From the NCBI GenBank assembly GCA_030745835.1, contig JASLNU010000016.1, forward strand, positions 40,945 through 104,944: a stretch of DNA of 64,000 nt. The letters are read 5' to 3'. Shown piece by piece: positions 28,550 to 36,476 of this stretch. The notes beneath the pieces were generated by a model, which worked only from the letters and a program-made list of their open reading frames with translations, made no database searches and was not told the DNA's origin. A program made the translations under genes and the position numbers. The stretch's first letter is position 1, and every line of letters starts with the position of its first letter. The stretch comes from Rhodospirillales bacterium. GTDB taxonomy: Bacteria > Pseudomonadota > Alphaproteobacteria > Rhodospirillales > UBA2165.

Positions 28550-30511
28550 ATGAATAAATTGGATAAAATGACCACGACCGGGCAATCGGGATCGAACAGT
28601 TGGCGCCGTTTTCAGGACGGCGACACCAGATTTGATTCCTGGACCGATAAAATTTTTCTGGCCGGTCATTCCCATCAATGCCCGACCTATATCCACCGCA
28701 CGCCGCCGTGCCAGGGAAGCTGCCCGTCCGGCCACGATATCCGCGGCTGGCTGAGCATAGCCCGCGGCATCGACAAGCCGCCCACCCCCGGCATGGCCTG
28801 GCAGGAATATGCGTTCCTCAGCATGATCAACGCCAATCCATTTCCGGCGACCATGGGCCGGGTCTGCCCGGCGCCCTGCGAAGACGGCTGCAACCGCAAC
28901 GCGGTCGATGATTTCGTCGGCATCAACGCGGTCGAGCAATATGTCGGCGATTGGGCCATCGAAAACAAGATTCCGCTGCCCGGGCCGGATAGCGAAACCG
29001 GCATGAAGGTGGCGGTGATCGGCGGCGGACCCGCCGGCTTGACGGCGGCCTATATGCTGCGCCGCAAGGGACACGGCGTCACCATTTTCGAAAGCCAGGC
29101 AGAGCTCGGCGGCATGATGCGTTACGGCATCCCCGGCTACCGCACGCCGAGGGACATGATCGACGCCGAGATCGGCCGCATCCTCGATACCGGCGTCGAG
29201 GCGCGGCTCGAAACCCGCATCGGCAAGGATATCAGCAAGGCCGATCTGGAAAGCGAATTCGATGCCGTCTTCTGGGCCATCGGCGCGCAACAAGGCCGGC
29301 CGCTGCCGGTCCCGGGCGCCGATGCCGAGAACTGCATCACCGGCGTTGATTTCCTCGAAGCCTTCAACCAGGGAAGGCTGCAATTTGCCGCCAAGAAGGT
29401 GGTCGTGGTCGGCGGCGGCGATACCTCCATCGACGTTGCCTCGGTCGCCCGCCGCATCGGCCATATCGAACATGCCGGCGAAAAAGACCGTCCCGAAAAC
29501 GTGGTTCTCGGCCACACCGCCCACGATGTCGCCGGTTCGGTTCAGCGCCAGGGCGTCAAGGCGGTGCTCACCTCGTTGTTCCCGATCGATGAAATGACCG
29601 CCGCCGAACGCGAACGCGAGGACGCCAAGAGCGAGGGCGTCCAGTTGAAAGGCGGCGTAATGCCCGTCGAAATCGTCAAGGATGACGATGGGCGGGCGGT
29701 TGCCATCCGCATGTGCGCATGCGAAATGGACGGCATGAAGCCGCTGCCGATGGAAGGCACCGAGTTCGAAATCGAATGCGATCTGGTGGTCTCGGCGATC
29801 GGCCAGATGGGTGATCTAAGCGGCCTCGGGGGGCTCGACAATGGCAACGGATACATCGCCACCGACGAATTTTACCGCGTCGAGGGCAAGGAAAACCAGT
29901 TTGCCGGCGGCGATATTATCCGCCCGCATCTGCTGACCACCGCCATCGGCCAGGCGCGCATCGCGGTTCAAGGGATCGACAATCATCTATCCGGCGCCGA
30001 GCCCGGTAAACGGCCCAAGGTCGATGTCCATCATTTCAATCTGCTCGGTGAATTAGGCCAGCGGGATTTATCGCCGGCGGAATTCGACCACGTGCCGGCG
30101 CGCGGTACATCTGGGGCTGATTACGCGGTCCATAATTACGAGGACCGGGCGGCCACCCACATCATCCCCAATGACGAAATGTTCCTCGGCCATTTTCCCT
30201 TCGATGATCGTAACCGGCGCCAGGAACTGCATGTTTCCGAAGCCGACGTCCTCGGCCATTTCGCCGAACGCATCCAAGGGCTGAGCGAGGAACAGGCGGT
30301 CGCCGAAGGCCGCCGCTGCATGAGCTGCGGCATGTGCTTCGAATGCGACAACTGTGTCATTTTTTGCCCGCAGGATGCGGTTTTCCGGGTCAAAAAGGAT
30401 AAATCCGCCGTCGGCCGCTATGTCGATACCGACTATAGCAAATGCATCGGCTGCCATATCTGCGCCGATGTCTGCCCCACCGGCTATATCCAGATGGGCC
30501 TCGGCGAATAG
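28550..30511 (+). CDS. dsrL: DsrL copy 2 (tandem paralog)
   Basis: Its ATG directly abuts the stop of copy 1. It has the same domain series: 'CPTYIHRTPPCQGSCPSGHDIRGW', 'VIGGGPAGL', 'VVGGGDTSIDVA', 'CMSCGMCFECDNCVIFCP...CIGCHICADVCPTG'. Confidence 0.9.
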   Translation: MNKLDKMTTTGQSGSNSWRRFQDGDTRFDSWTDKIFLAGHSHQCPTYIHRTPPCQGSCPSGHDIRGWLSIARGIDKPPTPGMAWQEYAFLSMINANPFPATMGRVCPAPCEDGCNRNAVDDFVGINAVEQYVGDWAIENKIPLPGPDSETGMKVAVIGGGPAGLTAAYMLRRKGHGVTIFESQAELGGMMRYGIPGYRTPRDMIDAEIGRILDTGVEARLETRIGKDISKADLESEFDAVFWAIGAQQGRPLPVPGADAENCITGVDFLEAFNQGRLQFAAKKVVVVGGGDTSIDVASVARRIGHIEHAGEKDRPENVVLGHTAHDVAGSVQRQGVKAVLTSLFPIDEMTAAEREREDAKSEGVQLKGGVMPVEIVKDDDGRAVAIRMCACEMDGMKPLPMEGTEFEIECDLVVSAIGQMGDLSGLGGLDNGNGYIATDEFYRVEGKENQFAGGDIIRPHLLTTAIGQARIAVQGIDNHLSGAEPGKRPKVDVHHFNLLGELGQRDLSPAEFDHVPARGTSGADYAVHNYEDRAATHIIPNDEMFLGHFPFDDRNRRQELHVSEADVLGHFAERIQGLSEEQAVAEGRRCMSCGMCFECDNCVIFCPQDAVFRVKKDKSAVGRYVDTDYSKCIGCHICADVCPTGYIQMGLGE

Positions 30512-30528
30512 GAGCGGGATCGAAGAAC

Positions 30529-30975
30529 ATGCGACGCGCCTTCCCAAAAACCCTTGCCGCCGCCGGTCTTATGGCCGTCGCGGTTTTGCTTGCCGGCATC
30601 GCCTGGGCGGCCAATGATTCCGCCCGCAAGAGCCGCGTGCCGATGCCGAACATTCCGAAAGCGTTGAAAGAGGCCGAGCCGGGCCACGCCGAGCGCTTGC
30701 GTAACGATCACAGGCAGCTCCTGGTCCACAAGCGCGACCAGACCATGCGCCAAGGTATCCGGACCGCTAAGGACAGCCTCAAGGAATGCGTCGCCTGTCA
30801 CGCCGTGCCGGGACCCGACAAGTTGCCGGTTTCGGCGCAGAGCCCCGAGCATTTCTGCCGCGTCTGCCACGATTATGCAGCTGTCAGCATCGATTGTTTC
30901 AGTTGCCACGCGTCGCGCCCGCCGAAAGACGTGGCCAATGCAAATAAAGGTGGCAGCGGAGGGGGCAAACGATGA
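30529..30975 (+). CDS. dsrJ: DsrJ (periplasmic trihaem cytochrome c)
   Basis: I prefer the ATG at 30529, giving a signal peptide 'MRRAFPKTLAAAGLMAVAVLLAGIAWA'. There are three CxxCH motifs: 'CVACH', 'CRVCH' and 'CFSCH'. Confidence 0.9.
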   Translation: MRRAFPKTLAAAGLMAVAVLLAGIAWAANDSARKSRVPMPNIPKALKEAEPGHAERLRNDHRQLLVHKRDQTMRQGIRTAKDSLKECVACHAVPGPDKLPVSAQSPEHFCRVCHDYAAVSIDCFSCHASRPPKDVANANKGGSGGGKR

Positions 30976-31712
30976 GTATCGATAAAGGCCGCCGCGCTAT
31001 TTTGGGTGGCTTTGCCGCCGCCGCCGGCACCGCCATCGCGCCGGGCATCTTCCTGTTGGCGCCCGCCGCGGCGCGCGCCCCGGATGCGCCGGCCTCGGAC
31101 AAGGTGCGCTGGGGCCTGCTCATCGACACCAACAAATGCGAAACCGGGTGCGATGCCTGCGTCGCCGCCTGTTTCAAGGAAAACGGCATCGGCAATAGCG
31201 GCCGCCCGGCGTCCGATCCGCAATGGATACGCAAAGTGAAGGTGGAAAATCCGAAGACCGGCTTCACCCGTGAATTCCCGGTCATGTGCCAGCATTGCGC
31301 GGCGCCGCCCTGCGTCGATGTCTGTCCCACCGGCGCCTCGTTCAAGCGCCAGGACGGTATCGTCCTGGTCGATAAGCATACCTGCATCGGCTGCCGCTAT
31401 TGCATCATGGCCTGCCCCTACAAGGCGCGCTCGTTCGTGCACGAGGATCTGACCGACCAGAAGCCCGATGTGCCGCGCGGCAAGGGAAGCGTCGAGGGCT
31501 GCACCCTCTGCGTCCACCGGGTCGACAGGGGCCAGATACCGGCCTGCGCCGAAGCCTGCGCCGCCAAGGACAGCAAGGCCGCCGGCGCCATTACATTCGG
31601 CGATCTGAACGATGCCAAAAGCGATATCGCCAAGAAAATCGCCGCCGTCGCGACCAAACAGATCCGGGCCGATCTCGGCCTCGATCCCGGCGTCCGGTAT
31701 TTGGGGCTATAG
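30972..31712 (+). CDS. dsrO: DsrO (periplasmic polyferredoxin, Tat-exported)
   Basis: Twin-arginine-like leader 'KGRRAILGG' and multiple 4Fe-4S motifs ('CQHCAAPPCVDVCPTGA', 'CIGCRYCIMACPY', 'CTLCVHR'). ATGA overlap with dsrJ. Confidence 0.9.
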   Translation: MSIDKGRRAILGGFAAAAGTAIAPGIFLLAPAAARAPDAPASDKVRWGLLIDTNKCETGCDACVAACFKENGIGNSGRPASDPQWIRKVKVENPKTGFTREFPVMCQHCAAPPCVDVCPTGASFKRQDGIVLVDKHTCIGCRYCIMACPYKARSFVHEDLTDQKPDVPRGKGSVEGCTLCVHRVDRGQIPACAEACAAKDSKAAGAITFGDLNDAKSDIAKKIAAVATKQIRADLGLDPGVRYLGL

Positions 31713-31716
31713 CAAT

Positions 31717-31990
31717 GGCTAGTGTCCTGCATCATCTAATTTGTACCCCTACGATCGCTTTTCCCGTTTCCTCGGTAGGAGGAAGGGCGCGGGCGATGCG
31801 GGCCCATCGGCTAGCCCTTACGACGCTCCGAGGGGGCGGGAAAAGTGACCCGGAGGGCGGCGTTGCAAGGCTCCCGGACATCGTCGCGCACCCCTTGTGG
31901 TGGATTGACACCACGGCGCGGCACGCTCCTTGCCGGAAACCTTGCAACGCCGTCGTAGGAGAACAAATTAGATGATGCAGGACACTGGCC
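31717..31990. repeat. 274-nt nested-hairpin element bounded by ~40-bp inverted repeats; the right arm contains the dsrP RBS and start codon
   Basis: The left arm (31717-31757) and the reverse complement of the right arm (31951-31990) share 24 contiguous identical nt ('agtgtcctgcatcatctaatttgt') plus flanking matches. Internal complementary pairs: 31758-31766 with 31837-31845, 31859-31870 with 31940-31951 (12 bp), and smaller hairpins. Confidence 0.7.
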
Positions 31991-33198
31991 TCGATAAAAC
32001 CGCCTACAGCGTATTGCGCGCCCCCGCCACCGGCTTCTACGCCGCGTTTCTCATCGCCGGGCTGATCGCCATGATCGGTTTGGCGGCGGCCTGGGTGATG
32101 GAAGTCAACGGCCACCATATCACCGGTATGAACAACCAGATCGTCTGGGGCACGCCGCATGTCTTTGCCGTCTTCCTGATCGTCGCCGCCTCCGGCGCCC
32201 TCAACGTCGCCTCCATCGGCAGCGTCTTCGGGCGCGCCCCCTATAAGCCGCTCGGCCGGCTGTCGGCGCTGCTTGCCATTGCCATGCTGGTCGCCGGGCT
32301 GGCGGTGCTGGTGCTCGATCTCGGCCGGCCCGACCGGCTCATTGTCGCCATGACCAAATATAATTTCAAATCCATCTTCGCCTGGAACATCTTCCTCTAT
32401 ACCGGCTTCATCGCCGTCGTCGGGGTCTATCTGTGGCTGATGATGGAACGGCGCATGAACCGCTTTGCCGCTGCCGCCGGCACCGTCACCTTTGTCTGGC
32501 GGCTGGCTCTGACCACCGGCACCGGCCTGATCTTCGGCTTTCTGGTATCGCGCCAGGGCTACGACGCGGCGGTGATGGCGCCGCTGTTCATCGCCATGTC
32601 TTTTTCATTCGGCCTTGCGGTTTTCCTGATCATGCTGCTGGCTGCGGCCCGCGCCGAGGGTGGTACCGTCGATGGCGCGCTCACCGAACGCTTGGCGAAG
32701 CTTTTGGGCGTATTCGTCACCGCCGTTCTTTATTTCGTCGCCGTGCAGCACCTGACCAACCTTTACGCCACCGAACATCACGGCGTCGAACGGTTTATCC
32801 TGATGGATGGCGGCATCTATACCGGCTTGTTCTGGATCGGCCAGATTCTGATCGGCGGTGTTCTGCCCCTAGGTATCCTGTTTCATCCGGTTTTGCGCCG
32901 CACCGCCGGCAATGTGCTGATCGCCGCCGCTCTCGTTATCCTTGGCGGTTTTGCGCAAGTTTATGTGATCATCATCGGCGGCCAGGCTTTCCCGCAAACC
33001 CTGTTTCCGGGGATGAAGGTGTCGTCCTCCTTCTATGACGGCGCCGTCGGCTCGTACCTGCCGAGCCTTCCGGAGGTCCTTTTGGGGCTCGGCGGAATTG
33101 CTTTTGCCGTGCTGATCGTGATGATGGGCCTGCGGGTGCTCGAGATGATGCCCGATCTGGCGCCGGCGCCGGCGCAAGATGGCGCCGACAACGGCTAG
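31972..33198 (+). CDS. dsrP: DsrP (NrfD/PsrC-like integral membrane quinone-interacting subunit)
   Basis: 408-aa protein with about 10 TM segments, at the expected position after dsrO. Confidence 0.85.
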   Translation: MMQDTGLDKTAYSVLRAPATGFYAAFLIAGLIAMIGLAAAWVMEVNGHHITGMNNQIVWGTPHVFAVFLIVAASGALNVASIGSVFGRAPYKPLGRLSALLAIAMLVAGLAVLVLDLGRPDRLIVAMTKYNFKSIFAWNIFLYTGFIAVVGVYLWLMMERRMNRFAAAAGTVTFVWRLALTTGTGLIFGFLVSRQGYDAAVMAPLFIAMSFSFGLAVFLIMLLAAARAEGGTVDGALTERLAKLLGVFVTAVLYFVAVQHLTNLYATEHHGVERFILMDGGIYTGLFWIGQILIGGVLPLGILFHPVLRRTAGNVLIAAALVILGGFAQVYVIIIGGQAFPQTLFPGMKVSSSFYDGAVGSYLPSLPEVLLGLGGIAFAVLIVMMGLRVLEMMPDLAPAPAQDGADNG

Positions 33199-33220
33199 TT
33201 GCCGATAATATGGCAAAACC

Positions 33221-34225
33221 ATGAGCGAAGAACATCCATTTGCGCCTTATGTCCGCATCCTGGCGCGCGGCAAGACCAAATCCCGGCCCTTTACCGGCGA
33301 AGAGGCCGAGGCCGCCATGGCCATGATCCTGGCCGGCCAAGTGCGGCCGGAACAATTGGGCGCGTTTTTGATGCTGCTCCGCTTCAAGGAAGAAACCGCC
33401 GAGGAAATCGCCGGCTTCGTGCGCGCCGCGCGCGCCACCTTCGATCTGCCGGGTGCGCTGCCAGGGGTCGATCTCGATTGGTCGTCCTATGCGGGCAAGC
33501 GCCGGCAACTGCCCTGGTTCCTGCTTTCGGCGCTGGTTTTGGCGCAAAACGGGGTTCGGGTGATCATGCATGGCACCGAGGGGCATACTCCGGGCCGGGT
33601 CTATTTGCGGGATACCCTGGAAACCCTGGGTTTGCCGGTCAGTAATTCTTTTACCGAGGCCGCCGCCGCCGTCGAAGCTGCCGGCTTCGCCTATCTGCCG
33701 CTGGAGGTTTTGAGCCCGGTATTGCGCGAGATTATCAATCTGCGCCCGGTGTTGGGATTGCGCTCGCCGGTGCATACGGTGTCGCGGCTGTTGAATCCGT
33801 TCTCGGCAACCCACGTATTGCAGGGCATATTCCATCGCGGTTTCCAGGATACCCATCAGGTGGCGGCGCAAATACTCGGCTATTCCGAGGTTGCCGTGTT
33901 CCGGGGCGAGGGCGGCGAGATCGAACGCCGCCCCAACAAACCGGCGGAGGTGTTCACCCTTTCGGGCGGTGCCTTGGGCGAGGAAAACTGGCCGACGCTG
34001 ATCGATGATCCGGTGCAGCCGGAAGACGCGGATATGGACATCAGCCGCCTGGCCCGCATCTGGCGCGGCGAGGAAGACGACGAATATGGCGCCGCCGCCG
34101 TCGCCGGCACCTTGGCCATCGCCCTCAAACTCCTGGGCCGCGCCGGCAGCATCGATCAGGCCGACAGCGATGCCCGCGCCATGTGGCAAGGCCGCGATCG
34201 CACTAAAATGGGACTGGCCGCGTAA
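33221..34225 (+). CDS. Glycosyltransferase family 3 / anthranilate phosphoribosyltransferase-like (TrpD2/YbiB-like) protein
   Basis: 334 aa. The N-terminal helical domain ('LTGEEAEAAMAMILAGQVRPEQLGAFLMLLRFKEETAEEIAGF') is typical of the TrpD/GT3 family. Its stop overlaps the dsrN start (TAATG). Confidence 0.6.
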   Translation: MSEEHPFAPYVRILARGKTKSRPFTGEEAEAAMAMILAGQVRPEQLGAFLMLLRFKEETAEEIAGFVRAARATFDLPGALPGVDLDWSSYAGKRRQLPWFLLSALVLAQNGVRVIMHGTEGHTPGRVYLRDTLETLGLPVSNSFTEAAAAVEAAGFAYLPLEVLSPVLREIINLRPVLGLRSPVHTVSRLLNPFSATHVLQGIFHRGFQDTHQVAAQILGYSEVAVFRGEGGEIERRPNKPAEVFTLSGGALGEENWPTLIDDPVQPEDADMDISRLARIWRGEEDDEYGAAAVAGTLAIALKLLGRAGSIDQADSDARAMWQGRDRTKMGLAA

Positions 34226-35658
34226 TGACTGGAATGGGCACGCGCGGCTTCCTGGTTTCCGCCGCCAACAAGTCTTCGGGGAAAACCACGGTGACCCTGG
34301 GTCTCTGCGCCGTCATGCATCAACGGGGCCTCGCCGTGCAGTCCTTCAAAAAGGGGCCCGATTACATCGATCCCATGTGGCTGGGCCGGGCCGCCGGACG
34401 CCCCTGCATCAATCTGGATTTCCATACCCAGACACCGGACGAGATAGCGGCTGCGTTCCAAGCCCGCGCCCTTGAGGCCGATGTCGCGGTCATCGAGGGC
34501 AATAAGGGCCTGTTCGACGGCGTCGATCCCGACGGCGGCAATTGCACGGCGGCGCTGGCCGGGCAGCTCAAACTGCCGGTGGTGCTGATCATCGACAGTT
34601 ACGGCATCACCAGGGGCATTGCGCCCCTGCTTCTCGGCTATCAGGCGTTTGCCGGCGATGTCGCCATCGCCGGGGTTGTCCTCAACAAGGTCGGCGGCGC
34701 GCGGCACCTCACGAAGTTGCGCCAGGCGGTCGAAAGCTACACCGATCTGCCGGTCCTCGGCGCCGTCGACAGGCGGCCCGAGATTGAAATATCGGAGCGC
34801 CATCTGGGCCTGATCCCGACCAACGAGGCGGCCGGCGCCGATGCCTTGGTCGCCGGCATCGCCAGGCTGATCGAAAGCTCGGTGGATGTGGAAAGACTGC
34901 TGCAACTCGCCGCGCCGGTAGCGGCAGCGCCGGCGCAAGCATCGCTTCGCAAAAGTTCGGGCGCGCCGGTCCGCATCGGCATCGCCCGCGATGCTGCCTT
35001 CGGCTTCTACTATCCGGATGATGCGGCGGCGCTCGAAACTTGCGGCGCCGAGCTGGTGCCCTTCGATTGCCTTAAAGACAAACATTTGCCTTCCGTGGAC
35101 GGTCTCTTTATCGGCGGCGGTTTTCCGGAAAATCATTTGGATGCACTGTCCGACAACATGACCTTGCGAGGCGAAATTCGCGCCGCCATCGAAGGCGGGC
35201 TGCCCGCCTACGCCGAATGCGGCGGCCTTCTTTATCTGGCGCGCAGCCTGGAAATGGGCGAAAAGCGCCGCCATATGGTCGGCGTCATTCCCGCCGACGG
35301 CGTCATGAACGAACGCCCGGTGGGCCGCGGCTATATGCGCCTCTCTGAAACCGGCGCCGGTTTCTGGCCCGAGGCATCAACGCCGGCACTTAAGGAATTT
35401 CCCGCCCACGAATTCCATTATGCCTCGCTGAAGGGGGATTTGAGCGAATTGCCGTTTGCCTATGACGTGGTTCGCGGATTTGGGCTAGACGGGCGGCGCG
35501 ACGGCTTGATGATCCACAACCTTCTCGCCTGTTTCGCGCATCAGCGGGACACGGCGGCCAACCGTTGGGCGGAACGCTTCGTCGGTTTCGCGCGCCGGGT
35601 CAAATCGGATGCGATTGCCGTGCGTCCGGCGGCGCCCGAAACCGCCCTGACCGGATAG
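34225..35658 (+). CDS. dsrN: DsrN (cobyrinic acid a,c-diamide synthase-like sirohaem amidase)
   Basis: 477 aa with a P-loop 'SAANKSSGKTTVTLGL' and a C-terminal glutamine amidotransferase region 'AECGGLLYL'. Located in the dsr context. Confidence 0.85.
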   Translation: MTGMGTRGFLVSAANKSSGKTTVTLGLCAVMHQRGLAVQSFKKGPDYIDPMWLGRAAGRPCINLDFHTQTPDEIAAAFQARALEADVAVIEGNKGLFDGVDPDGGNCTAALAGQLKLPVVLIIDSYGITRGIAPLLLGYQAFAGDVAIAGVVLNKVGGARHLTKLRQAVESYTDLPVLGAVDRRPEIEISERHLGLIPTNEAAGADALVAGIARLIESSVDVERLLQLAAPVAAAPAQASLRKSSGAPVRIGIARDAAFGFYYPDDAAALETCGAELVPFDCLKDKHLPSVDGLFIGGGFPENHLDALSDNMTLRGEIRAAIEGGLPAYAECGGLLYLARSLEMGEKRRHMVGVIPADGVMNERPVGRGYMRLSETGAGFWPEASTPALKEFPAHEFHYASLKGDLSELPFAYDVVRGFGLDGRRDGLMIHNLLACFAHQRDTAANRWAERFVGFARRVKSDAIAVRPAAPETALTG

Positions 35659-35673
35659 CCCGCCGCTCTAGCC

Positions 35674-36303
35674 ATGGCGAAACAGCCCAGCTCTCCCGAT
35701 CAGCCGCCCCTGCAGGTTGCCATTGCCGACAAAAGCCCGTTGATTCAGGCGGCGCTCAATCACCTGATATCCGAGGATCCAAGGTTCCAATTGCAGGCCG
35801 TTTGCGGCGATGGCGAGGAACTGTTGGAAATCATCGAGGCGACCGATCTTGATGTGGTGGTGACCGGCTGGGTGATGCCGCCCGGCGATGGCCGCTATGT
35901 ACTCGATCACCTCAAGGCGACCGAATCGGCGCCCAGGGTGGTCGTCTATACCGGCGCCGAAGGCGAAATGGTGCCGTCCCTGGTGATGGCCCATGGCGGC
36001 GCCGCGTTCGTCTCCAAAAGCGAACAGCCGCACTACCTTCTCGATACCATCGCCGATGTCGGCCAGGGCAAAATGGTGTTTCCGTTTTTGGATGTGAAAC
36101 GTATCCATGATAATCCATTGACTGGCCTGACCAACCGCGAACTGGAGGTTCTTTCGTCGCTCGCGGCGGGCCGTACCAACAAGGAAATCGCCCGTGAACT
36201 GGGCGTTTCCGCCAACACCGTCAAATACCATGTGCGCAATCTGTATCAGAAGCTGCGGGTGAAAAACCGCGGCCAGGCGATCGGCCTCTACTTGAAGTCC
36301 TGA
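35674..36303 (+). CDS. LuxR/NarL/FixJ-family response-regulator-like transcription factor with an atypical receiver
   Basis: The C-terminal HTH 'LTNRELEVLSSLAAGRTNKEIARELGVSANTVKYHVRNLYQKL' is canonical LuxR-type. The receiver-like N-terminus has 'DVVVTGWVMPPGDG' where 'DlvllDlxMPgmdG' is expected. Confidence 0.85.
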   Translation: MAKQPSSPDQPPLQVAIADKSPLIQAALNHLISEDPRFQLQAVCGDGEELLEIIEATDLDVVVTGWVMPPGDGRYVLDHLKATESAPRVVVYTGAEGEMVPSLVMAHGGAAFVSKSEQPHYLLDTIADVGQGKMVFPFLDVKRIHDNPLTGLTNRELEVLSSLAAGRTNKEIARELGVSANTVKYHVRNLYQKLRVKNRGQAIGLYLKS

Positions 36304-36313
36304 ACGATGATCA

Positions 36314-36358
36314 TTCGGGTAGGAAAGTACCTACCCAAATGAATTTTTCCTACCCACC
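36314..36358. promoter_or_regulatory. Three TACCC-containing heptamer-like repeats (one inverted, two direct)
   Basis: 'gggtagg' at 36317-36323 is complementary to 'cctaccc' at 36330-36336. A second 'cctaccc' lies at 36349-36355. These resemble NarL-type TACYYMT heptamers, and they are adjacent to the LuxR-type regulator gene. Confidence 0.3.
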
Positions 36359-36428
36359 AAAGGGATATTCTTGTTCCTTTCGGCAGCCGTTAAATTGCCC
36401 GCTGATTTTACGTTTTTATGTTGTGAAA

Positions 36429-36476
36429 AAGGCCAGCCGCGCGCAGTCGCGTCCCGCGGCGGGCCTTCGTTTTTTC
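36429..36476 (+). terminator. Rho-independent terminator-like hairpin with a T-tract
   Basis: 'aaggccagccgcg' (36429-36441) pairs with 'cgcggcgggcctt' (36455-36467) with 1 mismatch, followed by 'cgttttttc'. It lies 28 nt upstream of the cbbF ATG. Confidence 0.55.

Noticed and set aside
26477-29524. 1015-aa minus-strand ORF spanning both dsrL genes
   Set aside because: It is exactly antisense to two genes with unmistakable DsrL motifs. Its composition is Ala/Gly/Arg/Asp-rich with no motifs. It is a typical stop-poor antisense frame in GC-rich DNA.
31713-31990. Retron msr/msd or group II intron fragment as an explanation for the structured element
   Set aside because: No reverse transcriptase or intron-encoded ORF lies adjacent, and I could not recognise intron domain V/VI-like features. 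It is kept as an unexplained structured element instead.
31400-32160. ORFs 31400-31975 (+), 31418-31735 (-) and 31732-32160 (-) crossing the dsrO-dsrP element
   Set aside because: They are out of frame with or antisense to dsrO and dsrP. They are Arg/Pro/Gly-rich and are explained by the palindromic nature of the element; both arms encode 'MMQDT' when read outward.
32972-35274. Minus-strand ORFs of 405 aa (32972-34189) and 372 aa (34156-35274)
   Set aside because: They are antisense to the dsrP end, the TrpD-like gene and dsrN. They have no motifs.
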